Assembly (NCBI GenBank): GCA_045837725.1
Contig: JBEWZL010000030.1
Coordinates: forward strand, 310,001 to 374,000
Source of the DNA: Vermamoeba vermiformis
Taxonomy: Eukaryota
Length of the DNA stretch: 64,000 nt
Direction of reading: 5' to 3'
Position numbers and translations under genes: made by a program. Below the pieces are notes generated by a model. That model did not search any database, was not told the origin of the DNA, and was given only the letters and a program-made list of their open reading frames with translations. This document shows, piece after piece, positions 39,973 to 51,829 of the stretch (position 1 is its first letter; the number at the start of each line of letters is the position of its first letter).

Positions 39973-40632
39973 ATGAACAAGCTTGTCTTGATCGCTCTTC
40001 TTGGCTTTGTCGGCCTCATCGCCGCTCAAGGCTTCTCTCAAAACTGGTACCAATTGCCCGAGGGCGTCATCTACAACGGCCCTCTCTTCGTCGGCTATCG
40101 TGGTCGCGTTCAACGTGCTTTCTTCTCATTTGCCGAATCATACACTACTTGCAACAGAAACAAAATGATTGAAGTCTTTGACGAGGATGTGCTCTTCTCT
40201 TACCTCTTTGCTCGCTACAACGGTCTCACTGCTGCTTTGACTGACATCGATGGCTACTGCGTGCCCACTGCTCGCCCCAACAACGTCTCCGTCTTCATTG
40301 AAGCCGACAGCTTTGCTATTGACGCTGCTACCCGCAACGGTGCCGTCAAGGTCCAATTCAGACAAACTACTCAAGCTGGCGTCCGATCTGTCGTCAACGA
40401 TATCTGGTTCGGCAAGACCAACTTCGATGGTACTCAATTCACCGAGTTCACTGAATGGTTGTCCGACTCTGTTCGCTTCTTGCAACAACAAGGTGTTTTG
40501 AACTACGACGAGGGTGCTGATCCTCTCTTGCCCTGGCCCACTTATGTCCCGGGCCGCTCTGGTTGCGCTCGTCGTGTTACTCACACCTGCCCTGACGCTC
40601 CTTGCCAACCTTCTCAATGCGTTCGCCCTTAA
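39973..40632 (+). CDS. Secreted intronless protein, SnoaL/NTF2-like fold likely, with a Cys-rich tail
   Basis: Signal peptide MNKLVLIALLGFVGLIAA. Motifs VFDEDVLFSY, AVKVQFRQT and QFTEFTEWLSD. TATAAATA at 39909 and strong host codon bias. Confidence 0.7.
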   Translation: MNKLVLIALLGFVGLIAAQGFSQNWYQLPEGVIYNGPLFVGYRGRVQRAFFSFAESYTTCNRNKMIEVFDEDVLFSYLFARYNGLTAALTDIDGYCVPTARPNNVSVFIEADSFAIDAATRNGAVKVQFRQTTQAGVRSVVNDIWFGKTNFDGTQFTEFTEWLSDSVRFLQQQGVLNYDEGADPLLPWPTYVPGRSGCARRVTHTCPDAPCQPSQCVRP

Positions 40633-40856
40633 GAACGTATAATCAAGGACAAGGATCTAAAGTGTAAATAACAAAAAAGAATAAAATGTAATTTAGCTCC
40701 AAGAAGAAGGACTCTTTTTTTATTTGTTCGGTTAGTCTTGAGTGTTCATAGTCGGTCTACTCCTTTTTTGAGTCAAATCTATATGAATTCCAAGCGTCCA
40801 TCGAGATGATAGCTGTTTCCTTTCCAACTCTAGTATAGTATAGTCTATAGTATATA

Positions 40857-43800
40857 TTACAATAACTGCTCAGTGTCGTCTTTTCCTTTCTTCTTTTTAT
40901 CATCGGTTGCTCCAATGCGCTTCGGCTCCTCACCATACTTGGCAATAATTGAGTCCAAGATCTGATCCATGCGTGACTTGACTTCATCGTCTTCAATTTC
41001 AGCAATGTTCTCGCGCATTTTGTGATCGTTGCGAATAATAAATTCGTGAAGTTCGGCAAGGGCATTCAAACGCACTTCTTCAGGGACTTCGAGTGCGCGA
41101 TGTGTGCCGGGGGTACCAAGCTTTGACCAGTTCTAAAGCAAGTTAATATGTGCACTTTTGTTACAACGAAAGCCTTACCAATAGCTCGCCATAGAAGCCT
41201 TTCACCTTGGGAATATTTTTGTTGACGAAATCAGTCAATTCGAGCATAAATGACTCCTTTGTCACAGTTGCCATATTAGCTACGTGTTGCAAAACTTTTG
41301 CAATCAATACGAGTTGTCGTTGACACCGTTGATTGGGTGGTGCTGCGATATGAAGCATTAATAACACAGCAGAAATGTTGCTGGAAGTGCGTACCTTGAG
41401 TTAAGCCGTACGCATGAGGCACAGTGATGGACGGACCAATAAAGCGCAAGAATAAGAACCCTCCGACTGCTTTAAACACAGCCTCTTCGCTTCCAAATTT
41501 GGACATAATGGTGGCTTGCATGCGAGTGAAAATTCGTCGGAATTCACTAGGCACACGTCCCTCGGCGTTGATGATGACAGTGATAATGCGCTGACACGTC
41601 AGAGCCAATTGTAGGGCATTGGCATCTTTGTCAGCGAGGCCTTCTTCCATCTTGTTCGGATCCATCTACCACGAGTCGGTTAAACCATCGACCTTGATCG
41701 TTCATATACTACGTACCTCCATGTCTACGTTTAACATCGACACGCCGCTTCGACGTGCGGCCTCTTTGTCTGCCTCGGGCTCTTTAGTAATGGCCTCAAG
41801 TTCGTTGATGACACGAGCTAACATGTCAAAAAGGTACTTGATGCCAACGACCTTCGAGTAAAATTTGAACATTTTGCTCGCCATATTATCCGTACGGAAG
41901 ATCGTATTCTCTGAAGCTATGGATGTGTTATTATATGCGCTTATCATAGGCTATCGGTGTTACTTACAAGCACGCAAAATTTCAACTGAAGCGAAGTACT
42001 CAATCAACTCCGCGGCAGTGTTGTGATGGTGCGCGAGAAAGACCAACGATCGAGCGACCATATCGAGCTCCGTGGACGCAGTGCAGTTGATGAGAATGGA
42101 CACAAACGTTCTATCCCTATTCATCATAATGTCTTCAAGAGTCCTACATCAACCCGTCAATACGGATCCAAGTGTCAAATCGTTTTTCATACCTGTATTT
42201 ATCGTCGTTGTTAATTCGATATTTCATCACGAGCTCTTTGCCGAATGCAACTTCGTTGTAGTCAGGCTCGGTAAGCTCCACTAACAATCCTTTCTTCTTA
42301 TTCTTGTAGCGAGAGAAGAGCACGCCGAAAAGTACCGCTGGAGGAATAGTCAGTTAGATAATGAAATCTTGGGCTTGATTAAGGGACTAGATTTTACCTC
42401 CAATTGCGACAGCACCACCGAGAGCAATGCCCAGCGCTAGTGGCAGAGTGTTATCAGGCTGCGGGGAAGACGGTGAAAGAGGTACCACGCATACATCTGG
42501 CGAGAACTTGATGCAAATTGTGGTGTCGAAACAATTGCAGTCGAGCGAATTTTCAGTGAAATCACACACGGATGGCTTACGCGCGAAGGCCGGGGTGCAG
42601 CCACTAAGTCGTTGTTAGTATCAATATATACTCAAAAACTATTCTTTGGACGTACTTGAATTTGTTTTGGGCCGCTATCAGTGTCTTCAACGTCGCGTTA
42701 GGAAAGTTAGGAATTGCGCCTTCAAACTGATTGTCGCCGAAATTAACGTCCGTCAACGCCTGCAGTTCACTGAACTCGCGCGGGATTGTTCCGGTGAAGT
42801 TATTGTCAGCAAAGCTTACGACAGCAAGTGAGGTCAAGCCACCCAATTCGGGCGGCAATGTGCCACTCAGCTTGTTGCCAGTCAATGTGAAAGTTTGCAG
42901 TAAATTGAGTTTTCCTAGGCTCGGAGGTAGTGTGCCAGTCAAAAGGTTCTTTTCCATAATCAGCACGATCAGTGGCAAGTTGCCAATGTCACTCGGGATG
43001 GTGCCTTCGAATCGATTATTCTCCATAGAGATCTGTTGTAGCTTGGGCAATTGCGTCCATTCGTTGGGAATTGTGCCGCTGAACTCGTTACTGCCGATGA
43101 GCAAGAACTGCAAATTGACCAAGTTGGAAATATCCGGGAATGTCCCCGTGATAAGGTTGCCGGTCAAATACAAATTGTTCAATTGCTTTAAATTGTTGAG
43201 CGGTGGCAATGTGCCTTCGAGCCTGTTGGCAGCCAAGGCCAGCACCGTTAACTTGCTCAAGTTGTTGATCGAAGCCGGGATCGATCCTTCGAGCAAGTTG
43301 TTGGTAAGGTACAACTGTTCTAATATGGCCAAATTGCCGATCGAGTCTGGAATTGAGCCACTAAAGCCATTAAGATGTGCGAAGAAATATCGCAAGGCCG
43401 TCAGTTGACCAATTTCTGCTGGAATAGTTCCATAGAACTGGTTCTGGTACAGCTGAAAGTTTGACATTCGCTGAGCTTGTCCAATGAGCGGCGACAACGT
43501 GCCCGTGAAGCGGTTGTTGGAAAGAGTAAGGGTCGACATCCGCTGAAGACCAAACAGTGATTCGGGGACGGTGCCCGAGAAGAGATTGTTGTGAAAGTAC
43601 GCTATCTCTAGCACTCCCAATTCTCCTATCGTTGCAGGAATGCTGCCTGAGAGCTGATTGTCGAACACTTGAAGAATTCTCAGGCGCGTGAGGTTGCCAA
43701 TACTTTCGGAGATCGTGCCTTCGAGCTTGTTTCCGGAGATAATAAGGTTGATCAAGCTATTCAAGCTCCATAGACTCTCGGGGAAAGTACCGGTCAGCTG

Positions 43801-44818
43801 ATTGGTAAACAACTGAAAATCCGTCAGTTTGGTGAGCTGGCCAATGCACTCCGGGATCGGACCTTCGAGGCGATTGCTGAACAAATAGAGATAGGATAAG
43901 GACTTGACGGAGCATATTGAGTCGGGGATAGTGCCTGATATGTCGTTGTTGCCTATATGAATCAATAGCAAGTTGTTGAGCTGGCCAATGGAATCCGGGA
44001 TCGAGCCAGTCATATAGTTGCTGTAGAGTTGAAGATTGTATAGCGTGGTCATGTTGCCAATGCACGATGGAATACTGCCAGTAAGACTATTACTGAAGGC
44101 CAAGAAGTTCCAAAGCTTGCTCAAGTTGCAGATCGAATCTGGAAGCGATCCGCTCAAGCCGTTTGAAGCAAGATTGATGTCTATCAAGTTCGCTAGTTGT
44201 CCAATAGAAGAAGGAATTGTTCCAGAGAGCGTATTTGAAGAAAAATAGATGCGTTGCAAGGCGGTCATTTGTCCAAAGTCGGGTAGCGAGCCAGTCAAAA
44301 AGTTACTCTCGAAATGTACTTCTATCGCTGTCTTCAAATTTGACACCGTTGAGGGAATCGTTCCAGAAAGCATATTGTTGCCAAAATTAACTAGCGTCAC
44401 AGATGTCAAGTTTCCGATCGAATCTGGAATTGAACCTCGTCCAAGGATATTGGCCATATTCAGCGAATCTATATGCTGGGTATCTGCTGTACAACCAAGC
44501 CCTAAATTGAATCAGTTAGATTATTTACGGATGTCGTTACGAACTATAAATTGATTAAATCAAAAATAGAATAAAAAAAACAAATAATTAATATAAATTA
44601 GATTAGGCTGTAATCCTAAATGTAGATTAATATGGTATACCTTGCCAAGGAGGACATGGATTTGCTCCTAACGTATTTAGCTGCCAACTGACAGGACGGT
44701 CAATTATTGAATTGTATAAGTCCGTCAAAAAGGCTTGTTCTGCTGGGACGAGTACTGCATCTGCGAGCCACAACACTGTCAGGAGTGACAAGCAAAACTT
44801 TAACGAGAAGGCGCGCAT
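40857..44818 (-). CDS. Receptor-like LRR - transmembrane - RasGAP protein
   Basis: Signal peptide, about two dozen 24-aa LxGxIP-type LRRs (42655-44500), TM helix LPLALGIALGGAVAIGAVLFGVLF, and RasGAP motifs IFRTDNMASK, FLFLRFIGPSI and LIAKVLQHVAN. The LRR-to-TM-to-GAP splice junctions were checked and are in frame. Confidence 0.85.
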
Positions 44819-45312
44819 TGATCCAATAGAGTCAAACTATGGATTCGAAGCTGTTGTTGCGCGTCAAGTATAAATATTAATATTTTGCAACGCTTTGATA
44901 ACTTTGGGACAAAATGGTTGTGATGTTGATGTGAATCGAAATTTCGATGGGTGGCTTTTCAACTTTAGTAGATGATGGTGATGCGATCCTGTTCTCATGG
45001 TTTCGATAGTGCGCCGTCCATAAAGTGCTAAGATAGCCGATCAGATTTACATTTGTGAATGCGTAATTTAGGGAAGATGTGAACCATTCTAATTTTATCA
45101 ACCTCTTCACCATAAATCAGAACGAAGTTAAAAGATGATCGTGAAAGTGCGACGAATGAAGTGCCGTAGCAGACCTGCAGCAGCCAAAAACAGGTAGCAC
45201 TAGATCCTCGTTTCGCTCTTGAAGAAACTACGGAATATGCCTTCTTGCAAGATGATGCACAGTGTCATAATATCGACCACTAAGTTTAGTCGGCGTTGCC
45301 TTTTTAGGTGTC

Positions 45313-48310
45313 CATTATTTGATGTTCTCGCTCTCCAACAGTCCTGGAATGCAGATCAGACCCACTTTTCTTTTCAACACAAGATAGCGATACAACGACT
45401 TGACTGCCACTCCTCCCACTACAAATGCACCACTTGATGCAATCAGACCTGTTCTTAGTATTTTGGAGTGACGTGGAGGTTGATCGTTGATCAGATCACT
45501 CCATAAATAACCACAGTAAAGTGAGGTAGCCATCGCTGAAACATATTATTATGTTAATATGAATGCATTTGATAGATATGTATCATTGTTATAATGAAAT
45601 GCTCACCTCCAGAGGCAGCAGCTGTCGCACCAAGAACATTAAATGAGTTCACGTCCAATGACTGCCATCGATGTGATCCAAATGCATATCTATGGTCGTA
45701 CATATTAGTATTAATAGTAACATGAGTATCATTATGTGATATTAGTCACTGATAGTGAACTTACCCAGTGAATGTCGCAGCAAAACCAATGCCAGTTCCA
45801 ATGGCTGCAATCAGTATTGACTGAATGCCTTTAGAAGTTGTCATTGACTTGTTTAGTACGCGATAACCGGACATCAGAGCCATGATCGATCCTCCTGCTG
45901 CCGTGCCAGCCATGCTGAAACAAAAACAAATTGTTAAAAATCAACAAAAATTGCTGCTGATCGGAATAAATACAAATATTGACCTATGGTATGTAGTATG
46001 TATTATAATGATGCTGAATAATTTTTAATTATTGTTTGGAAATAGGTCAGTCCGAGTAAAACTTCGGAGCGGAAATAATGTTGGCTCTACTCACCCTCCT
46101 AAGGCACCACTGCGTATCAAACAGCATACAGGACAATATTTGGGCGTCTCTTGAGCAGTGCTTTTGTCTTCTGTTGTGCTCATCTTGTCTTGTATCGTTT
46201 GAAGTAAAAAATTTCGAACAGAGCAGACGCGTGCATCTAGAATGTTTTTTTAGTTAATATCACAATCGTTTATATTTGTACATTTCGCGAAGTAGGAGTG
46301 CGAGGCGTCATCGCTTCTGAATTTTTCGGCAGGTTTGAATGCTTCTGCGCTCCCGGAGCAACAAACGCCAAGATCTTGATCAAACTGATCGCAATCATGA
46401 GCAAAAAGGCAACAAAGTTAACTGCAAAGAATCCAAGTGGTTGGAAATAGACTGGCGTTGCAGGCATGATGAGAATCGTACTGTACACGAGCTCAAAAAC
46501 AGCACTCGTCACTAACATTCTAACTGGCTTATAATATAATATCTGTTAATAACAAACGCTATATATTATCATTCATGAGCCTACTTTGAATTTGCTGGAT
46601 TTTGATTCGGCCTTTGCAACACCAGGATCGTTCAGAGTGCCAAGCAGTTTGCGACCATAATAAAGGAAGAAGATGGCTGTGAGTACTGATACGATAAAGT
46701 AGAATATCGATACGATGACGAAGAGAATGAAGAACGGACCAATTCCAAATGACCTCAAGAACGCATTGGTGATCTCGATGGCCCAAGTCAATGACACAAA
46801 CACGAAGAAATAGACCTTCATCTTGTCCAAGAATGTAACGACTTTCATCTTTTTGTTGGATAACACTTCTTTCCTAAAAAGGCAACGTAATCAGATTAAA
46901 AACATTGGCACCGAACATCGCCCAAAACTCGTATGGGTCAAATCAAAGGAATGTAACTATTAATTAAGAGCTTTAAATATACTCACCAATATAATGTAAT
47001 CATTAGTGAAGTGGTGGCGTAAGCAGGGATCGAAATAGTTGGGATAATGTTTGCAGCGAAGAATGGAAAGATGAATCGACCGCTAAACAACGGATCAACA
47101 GCTGCATATACTCCTCGGTCTATAGTAACATTAATAGTATATTCGACATATTTATTAATGTTTTGCGTACCAAGGTTCGCAAACAACTCGATCCACAAAA
47201 TAACTTGAGGCAAGTTTCTAGTGGGTCCTTGCGCACGTATGAACAACTATGATTCATGAAATGTTATGTTAAATATAATGATTAATATCTAAGCCAGCTT
47301 ACTGCAAGTTTTGAGATAGCAACAGCGGCAACGGCGAAAGCGAAACCTCCAACAATAACACTAAAGGCTATTTTTGTTCCAGATTCATTTACTACTGTCC
47401 AGTCATTGACATCTGTATACGCGCGTGAGTTATGATCTCCGATATATTAGAAAAAAGAGATCGATTTAAGGTCTCAATAACGCAAGGTAGAAAAAAAACG
47501 TTTAAGGTGATAGAACGGGAATCTTGTAGTATTTGAAAGATGACCCGTTGCTCATGAAACCGCTTGCTTACCATCGAAGTCAATTTCAATGACTACTGTT
47601 CGATTCGGAGCATCACTCCGCAAAAAATCTCGGATCTGTTTGATATTCTCTAGTCCTGAGTCCCAAACTGGAATACCGATATCCGACCGATCTGTACCAT
47701 CGAAGGTATATTCTAGTAATCCAGGAACGGCTGCAAAGTGGATCAGATCGAGCAAACTTCGGCAACGTTATTCTTACTCGTAAACACGGAACAGCTAAGC
47801 CAACCAATTATTCCAGGATAGTTTCGCATTCCTCTTCTTATAATATCCTCTATTCTAGTACCAAGAAATGTTAGCGATAACTTAGTTAGGTTATGTTATC
47901 TTTGAGTTCTTATTTAGGAAAAGTAGTACGAACGAATCGCATCTCTAACTGACCGCTTAATATTTCTTGAATAATTTGCTACTCTAACAGCTGCAAATGC
48001 AGCTTTATTCAGATTCAGGAGTCTTTACGCATCTGAAATTAATAAAAAAAAAATAAACTTACGTTCCAATCTCATCCTCAATACAGCCCAATAAAATAGT
48101 ACCCTCATACGGCCCTGTTTCAGCGAAGCTTCCTGTTAGCCTTGCAACGACTGGCTTGTCTTTGGATCTGCCGGCAAAAAGTAAACAATTATTGGCAAAA
48201 CTTAAAAATGCAAAGGCGCCAATAATACTTACATGTTTGTAGGGAAACTTGGCAAAAATGGACTATTATAAACGCCCTCCAAGTGGGGTGGGAAGAGTAC
48301 TTTGAAACTC
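45313..48310 (-). repeat. Right arm of the inverted segmental duplication (partner 24605-27551)
   Basis: Reverse-complement similarity to 24605-27551. Similarity stops abruptly just after the shared stop codon (AAATAATG). Confidence 0.95.
45315..46183 (-). CDS. Small Gly-rich multipass membrane protein, copy B
   Basis: Near-identical to 26682..27549, including the introns. Confidence 0.6.
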
Positions 48311-48369
48311 TCCACCGTGCATAGGAACGCTAGATAGCTAAGCAAGCAAATAGTAAAAACTCGAGGCAT
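46270..48369 (-). CDS. PA-like domain + multipass membrane protein, copy B
   Basis: Paralog of 24540..26604 (FKVLFPPHLEGVYNSPFL, IGIPVWDSGL, FIFPFFAANI, YYGRKLLGTL). Confidence 0.65.
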
Positions 48370-48629
48370 TATCAACCATTGTTTTTGTAACAAAAAAAAA
48401 ATGAAAACGTTGGAGTTAGAAAAACCGTTGCGCCGGAGAAAAAATCCAAAATCGCACAAAACCTAATAAAGTAATTATATGTGCAAGGCTAAAATTAGTA
48501 TTACTGCTGTATAATAAGTTTCGAAAACTTATAATGAAGCACCTTAATTTTCAGATCTGAAACGTAGCTTACGATTTATGACTTTGTGGCTTAAGAATAC
48601 TCTTACAAAGTCACTCGCATATATCGCTC

Positions 48630-51118
48630 TTATTCTTCGCGGAAAGTCATCCAATCGAAGTTCCAAGTGTCTGGCTGACCTGCGTGAGGAATACCAGCGC
48701 AGTTAGGATTTTGACTCCAAACGAACACGGGCTATTTGCGTATTAGGATTAGTTCCTTGTTATATCGCTATATATAACTGTTCCTTACTTGTTGGTCGTG
48801 AGTAGGACCACTTTGAGCGATGTAAGCAAAGTCTTTGAACATGACTTGATCTGTTACTTTGACGTCAAGAGCACCACCGCAGTACACGCTATAAATAGAA
48901 TCATATTATGACATTGCACAATATTAGTGATTGATTCGCCCTTACTTAGGATTCGAGGGTTGCTCTAAATCGAATCTGCTGGCGATCTGGTTACCAGGGT
49001 CACCCTATCATTTTGCATGAGTAAGGCACGAAAATACGATTCTATCATTGATTATCATACCAATGCGAGAGGGTCGTGTTGCCAGTTGTTGTAGCGCATG
49101 ATCTTCTTCATGGCGCTCAAATCAGCAACTTTGTGTTGGTCTCTTCTGAACACATTGGCACGAGGAGCAGTCTCGTAGAACAAAGTAGGATCTTTCTTAG
49201 CAGCATCAGGATCTACGTTTAACGTTAATACTATGCAATACATCTATGCTAGTGTTACTTACAGCCAGAGATGTCGAAGATCTTGGGGAAGAAAGGAATG
49301 TTGTAGCTGGGCCAGTAACCGAGGGCCAAGTAGCGAGTGACATCAGCTGATTCAGTCATACTACAGTAACGGACATTAGTAACACGTCTTCATATGATTT
49401 GTTGCGTCGACCATACCCAGGGATTTGTTCGAGGATCCACAAAGCACCGTCATGCAAGGGCTTCTTAGGAGTGAACTTCTTGTAGTCAACGACGATCCAT
49501 TGGTTGTTGTAACTAAATAAACATGAGCAACTCATTATAAAGTTGTTACTACTTACGTTCCACTGTTTTCACGAGCATAGATCTCAACCCATTCTTTTCC
49601 GTTCTTGGCCATACGGTTCGCGACCATAACACGGAAAGTAGTGAAGATCGATTGAGGCTTAACCAAGTCCCACAAAGTATCGTTCATAATGTCGTTGGTT
49701 GTTTCCATAACCGTCAGACCACTAAACATAATATTAGATTGCCGTCAAGCGACACTCGTGTTTTGAACTTACCTGTCAGTGATGTAGAAGTCGTCTGAAG
49801 AGCTAAGAGTGGCGGGATAAGACGAGAACGAGACCTTGAAGGAGGTAGTCGAGGGGTCGTTCAAAGGGAAGTCGTACACTTTGAGCATCCGGTTCATAGT
49901 AGCGTAGTCGTACCAAGTGGTGTGAGCTGTCAATGCGTATTAACATTAAGCCCCTTAACATTACACGGGCCATGAATTGACTTACAGGCATAAAGGGAGG
50001 ACAAATCACTGGTAACTTTAACCAAGGAAGAGCAGTGGTCACGCTTGGTGATGTAAGCCTTCAATTCAGCAGGGCTCATGCTGCCAACATTAGGGCGCCA
50101 AGAGGCATCGACGACGTTCACAAGGTCTGTCCAGACTACTATTAGAACGTCCTGACATCGGCAACAAACCGTCCTTACCGCTCACGTCAGGCATGAAACA
50201 CATCAAGTACAATTGGTTCCAGGTGAACACAGGCTTGCCTCCGGCTTGAGTGGTAGCGTAGACATAACCAGCGTAGATACCCTCTAATTGAGTCAAGACG
50301 TAGCCGACCTATTCATTGCCATAGTTAATAAAAATAAAGGCAGAGATCCGTCGTGACACGAAGATTCGTACTTGTCTCCAGTAAGGGTCCTGTCTGTTGT
50401 TCTTGACTTGGTTGCGAATCCACTTCTCTTGAGTATCACAGAAAGCACCAGCCTTCTTCATGAATTCCTAAACAAAGGTTGGATAAGATTTGTTTTTCAA
50501 ATCTGCGTTCGCAGTAGAACGTACTTGGTAGGTAACTCCATCAGGTAATGAAGATTGGAACAAATACTGAATTTGGCTGTAATACACATTGATTTGAGGA
50601 ACGGTCATAGCACCTAAATAATAAATGTCAAAATATAAAATCGGGTAATAAGCGATTATTGATTTTCTCGCTACAAAAATCATATCTATTACCTTCAACA
50701 AATCCTGCAGCGTAAACTTGCTTGGGATCTTCATAAGCAAAAGAGCTGTGGACGTAAAGACGATCCCAACCGGTCAAATTCATCTCATTATGGAAAATAC
50801 CCCATGCAACTACGATTAAAAATTATTATTTACATATTAGTTAATTACGAAGCAAAATTTGGTTGGATCCGCTTATGAAAAATAAAACAACCAGACCGGA
50901 AAATTCTGAACGACTAATCAAAAGAACTTACCACCCTTTTCGGTATCTAGAACTCCAGGAACATAAATGTACTCGCCATCCTTAAGAAAGACGGTCCCCT
51001 GATCGGCCAAGCTTTAAAAGAGTTAGATTTCGTGTTTCGCTCATCCCGCGTTAGATAGCGCATACCTAATGCCAAAGCAAGTGGCTAAGAGGACAAACAA
51101 GGCCAAAGCAGGCTTCAT
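48630..51118 (-). CDS. Phospholipase B-like protein (PLBD/LAMA family)
   Basis: Signal peptide. Motifs [70 protein letters not shown] and SGPTHDQQ. Confidence 0.92.
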
Positions 51119-51605
51119 TTGTGCTCGACTCAATTTATAAAATAAACAAATCATTTTTGGATCATTGTTTCTTTTGCTTGAACCAAACAGGTCACGCAAG
51201 CTTGATCATCCTAAATCTATTACAACCCTTCATTTAAATATGATAATCCTCGATTAACTGAAACAAAAACCTTCTTGAATGAAACGACGTTGGCTTAGAA
51301 GTGGTTTTGGTATTAGAAAAGGGGTGTAATGCGTAGGGAACGTAAATGTAAGCCTTTGGTATGCATGGATAGAGCTTTTCATTGGAACTCAATCGTTCCC
51401 AATGCGCACGTAAGCATCTGGAATTCAGATCAAAAATAAAACTTTCGGAATTCTGCCTTATCCCAAGCTTTTAACAACGTCGGATGGCAAAAATAGACGT
51501 AGCGATTTATAATAGACCAATCGTAAATTACCCGAGCTCAGATGCGCTTGTTTTTTCGTGGCCACGTGATTTTGCACCAATCGAGAAGCTTTTGGTTGGA
51601 GATTT

Positions 51606-51642
51606 TCAGGTCAATTTTTTGGTGACCGGCACCGTGTAAAAA
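51606..51642 (+). repeat. Left bipartite inverted repeat: TCAGGTCAAT-N15-ACCGTGTAAAAA
   Basis: 51606-51615 and 51631-51642 are exact reverse complements of 56106-56115 and 56080-56091. Confidence 0.75.
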
Positions 51643-51829
51643 GCAATTGGTACCGTTCTTTTGAAATTTCGCTCGATAAATTTATCCACTACCGCTGCCT
51701 GGTTATTTCCCGGTTTAATAATTCTAAGAAGTGGGCCTGTTGCCCAATAAATTTTGCTGTTACTACGATACCATCTCACCACCACCAACGGCATTAATTT
51801 ATTTATTATTTATTACATCTAGCAAAAAA

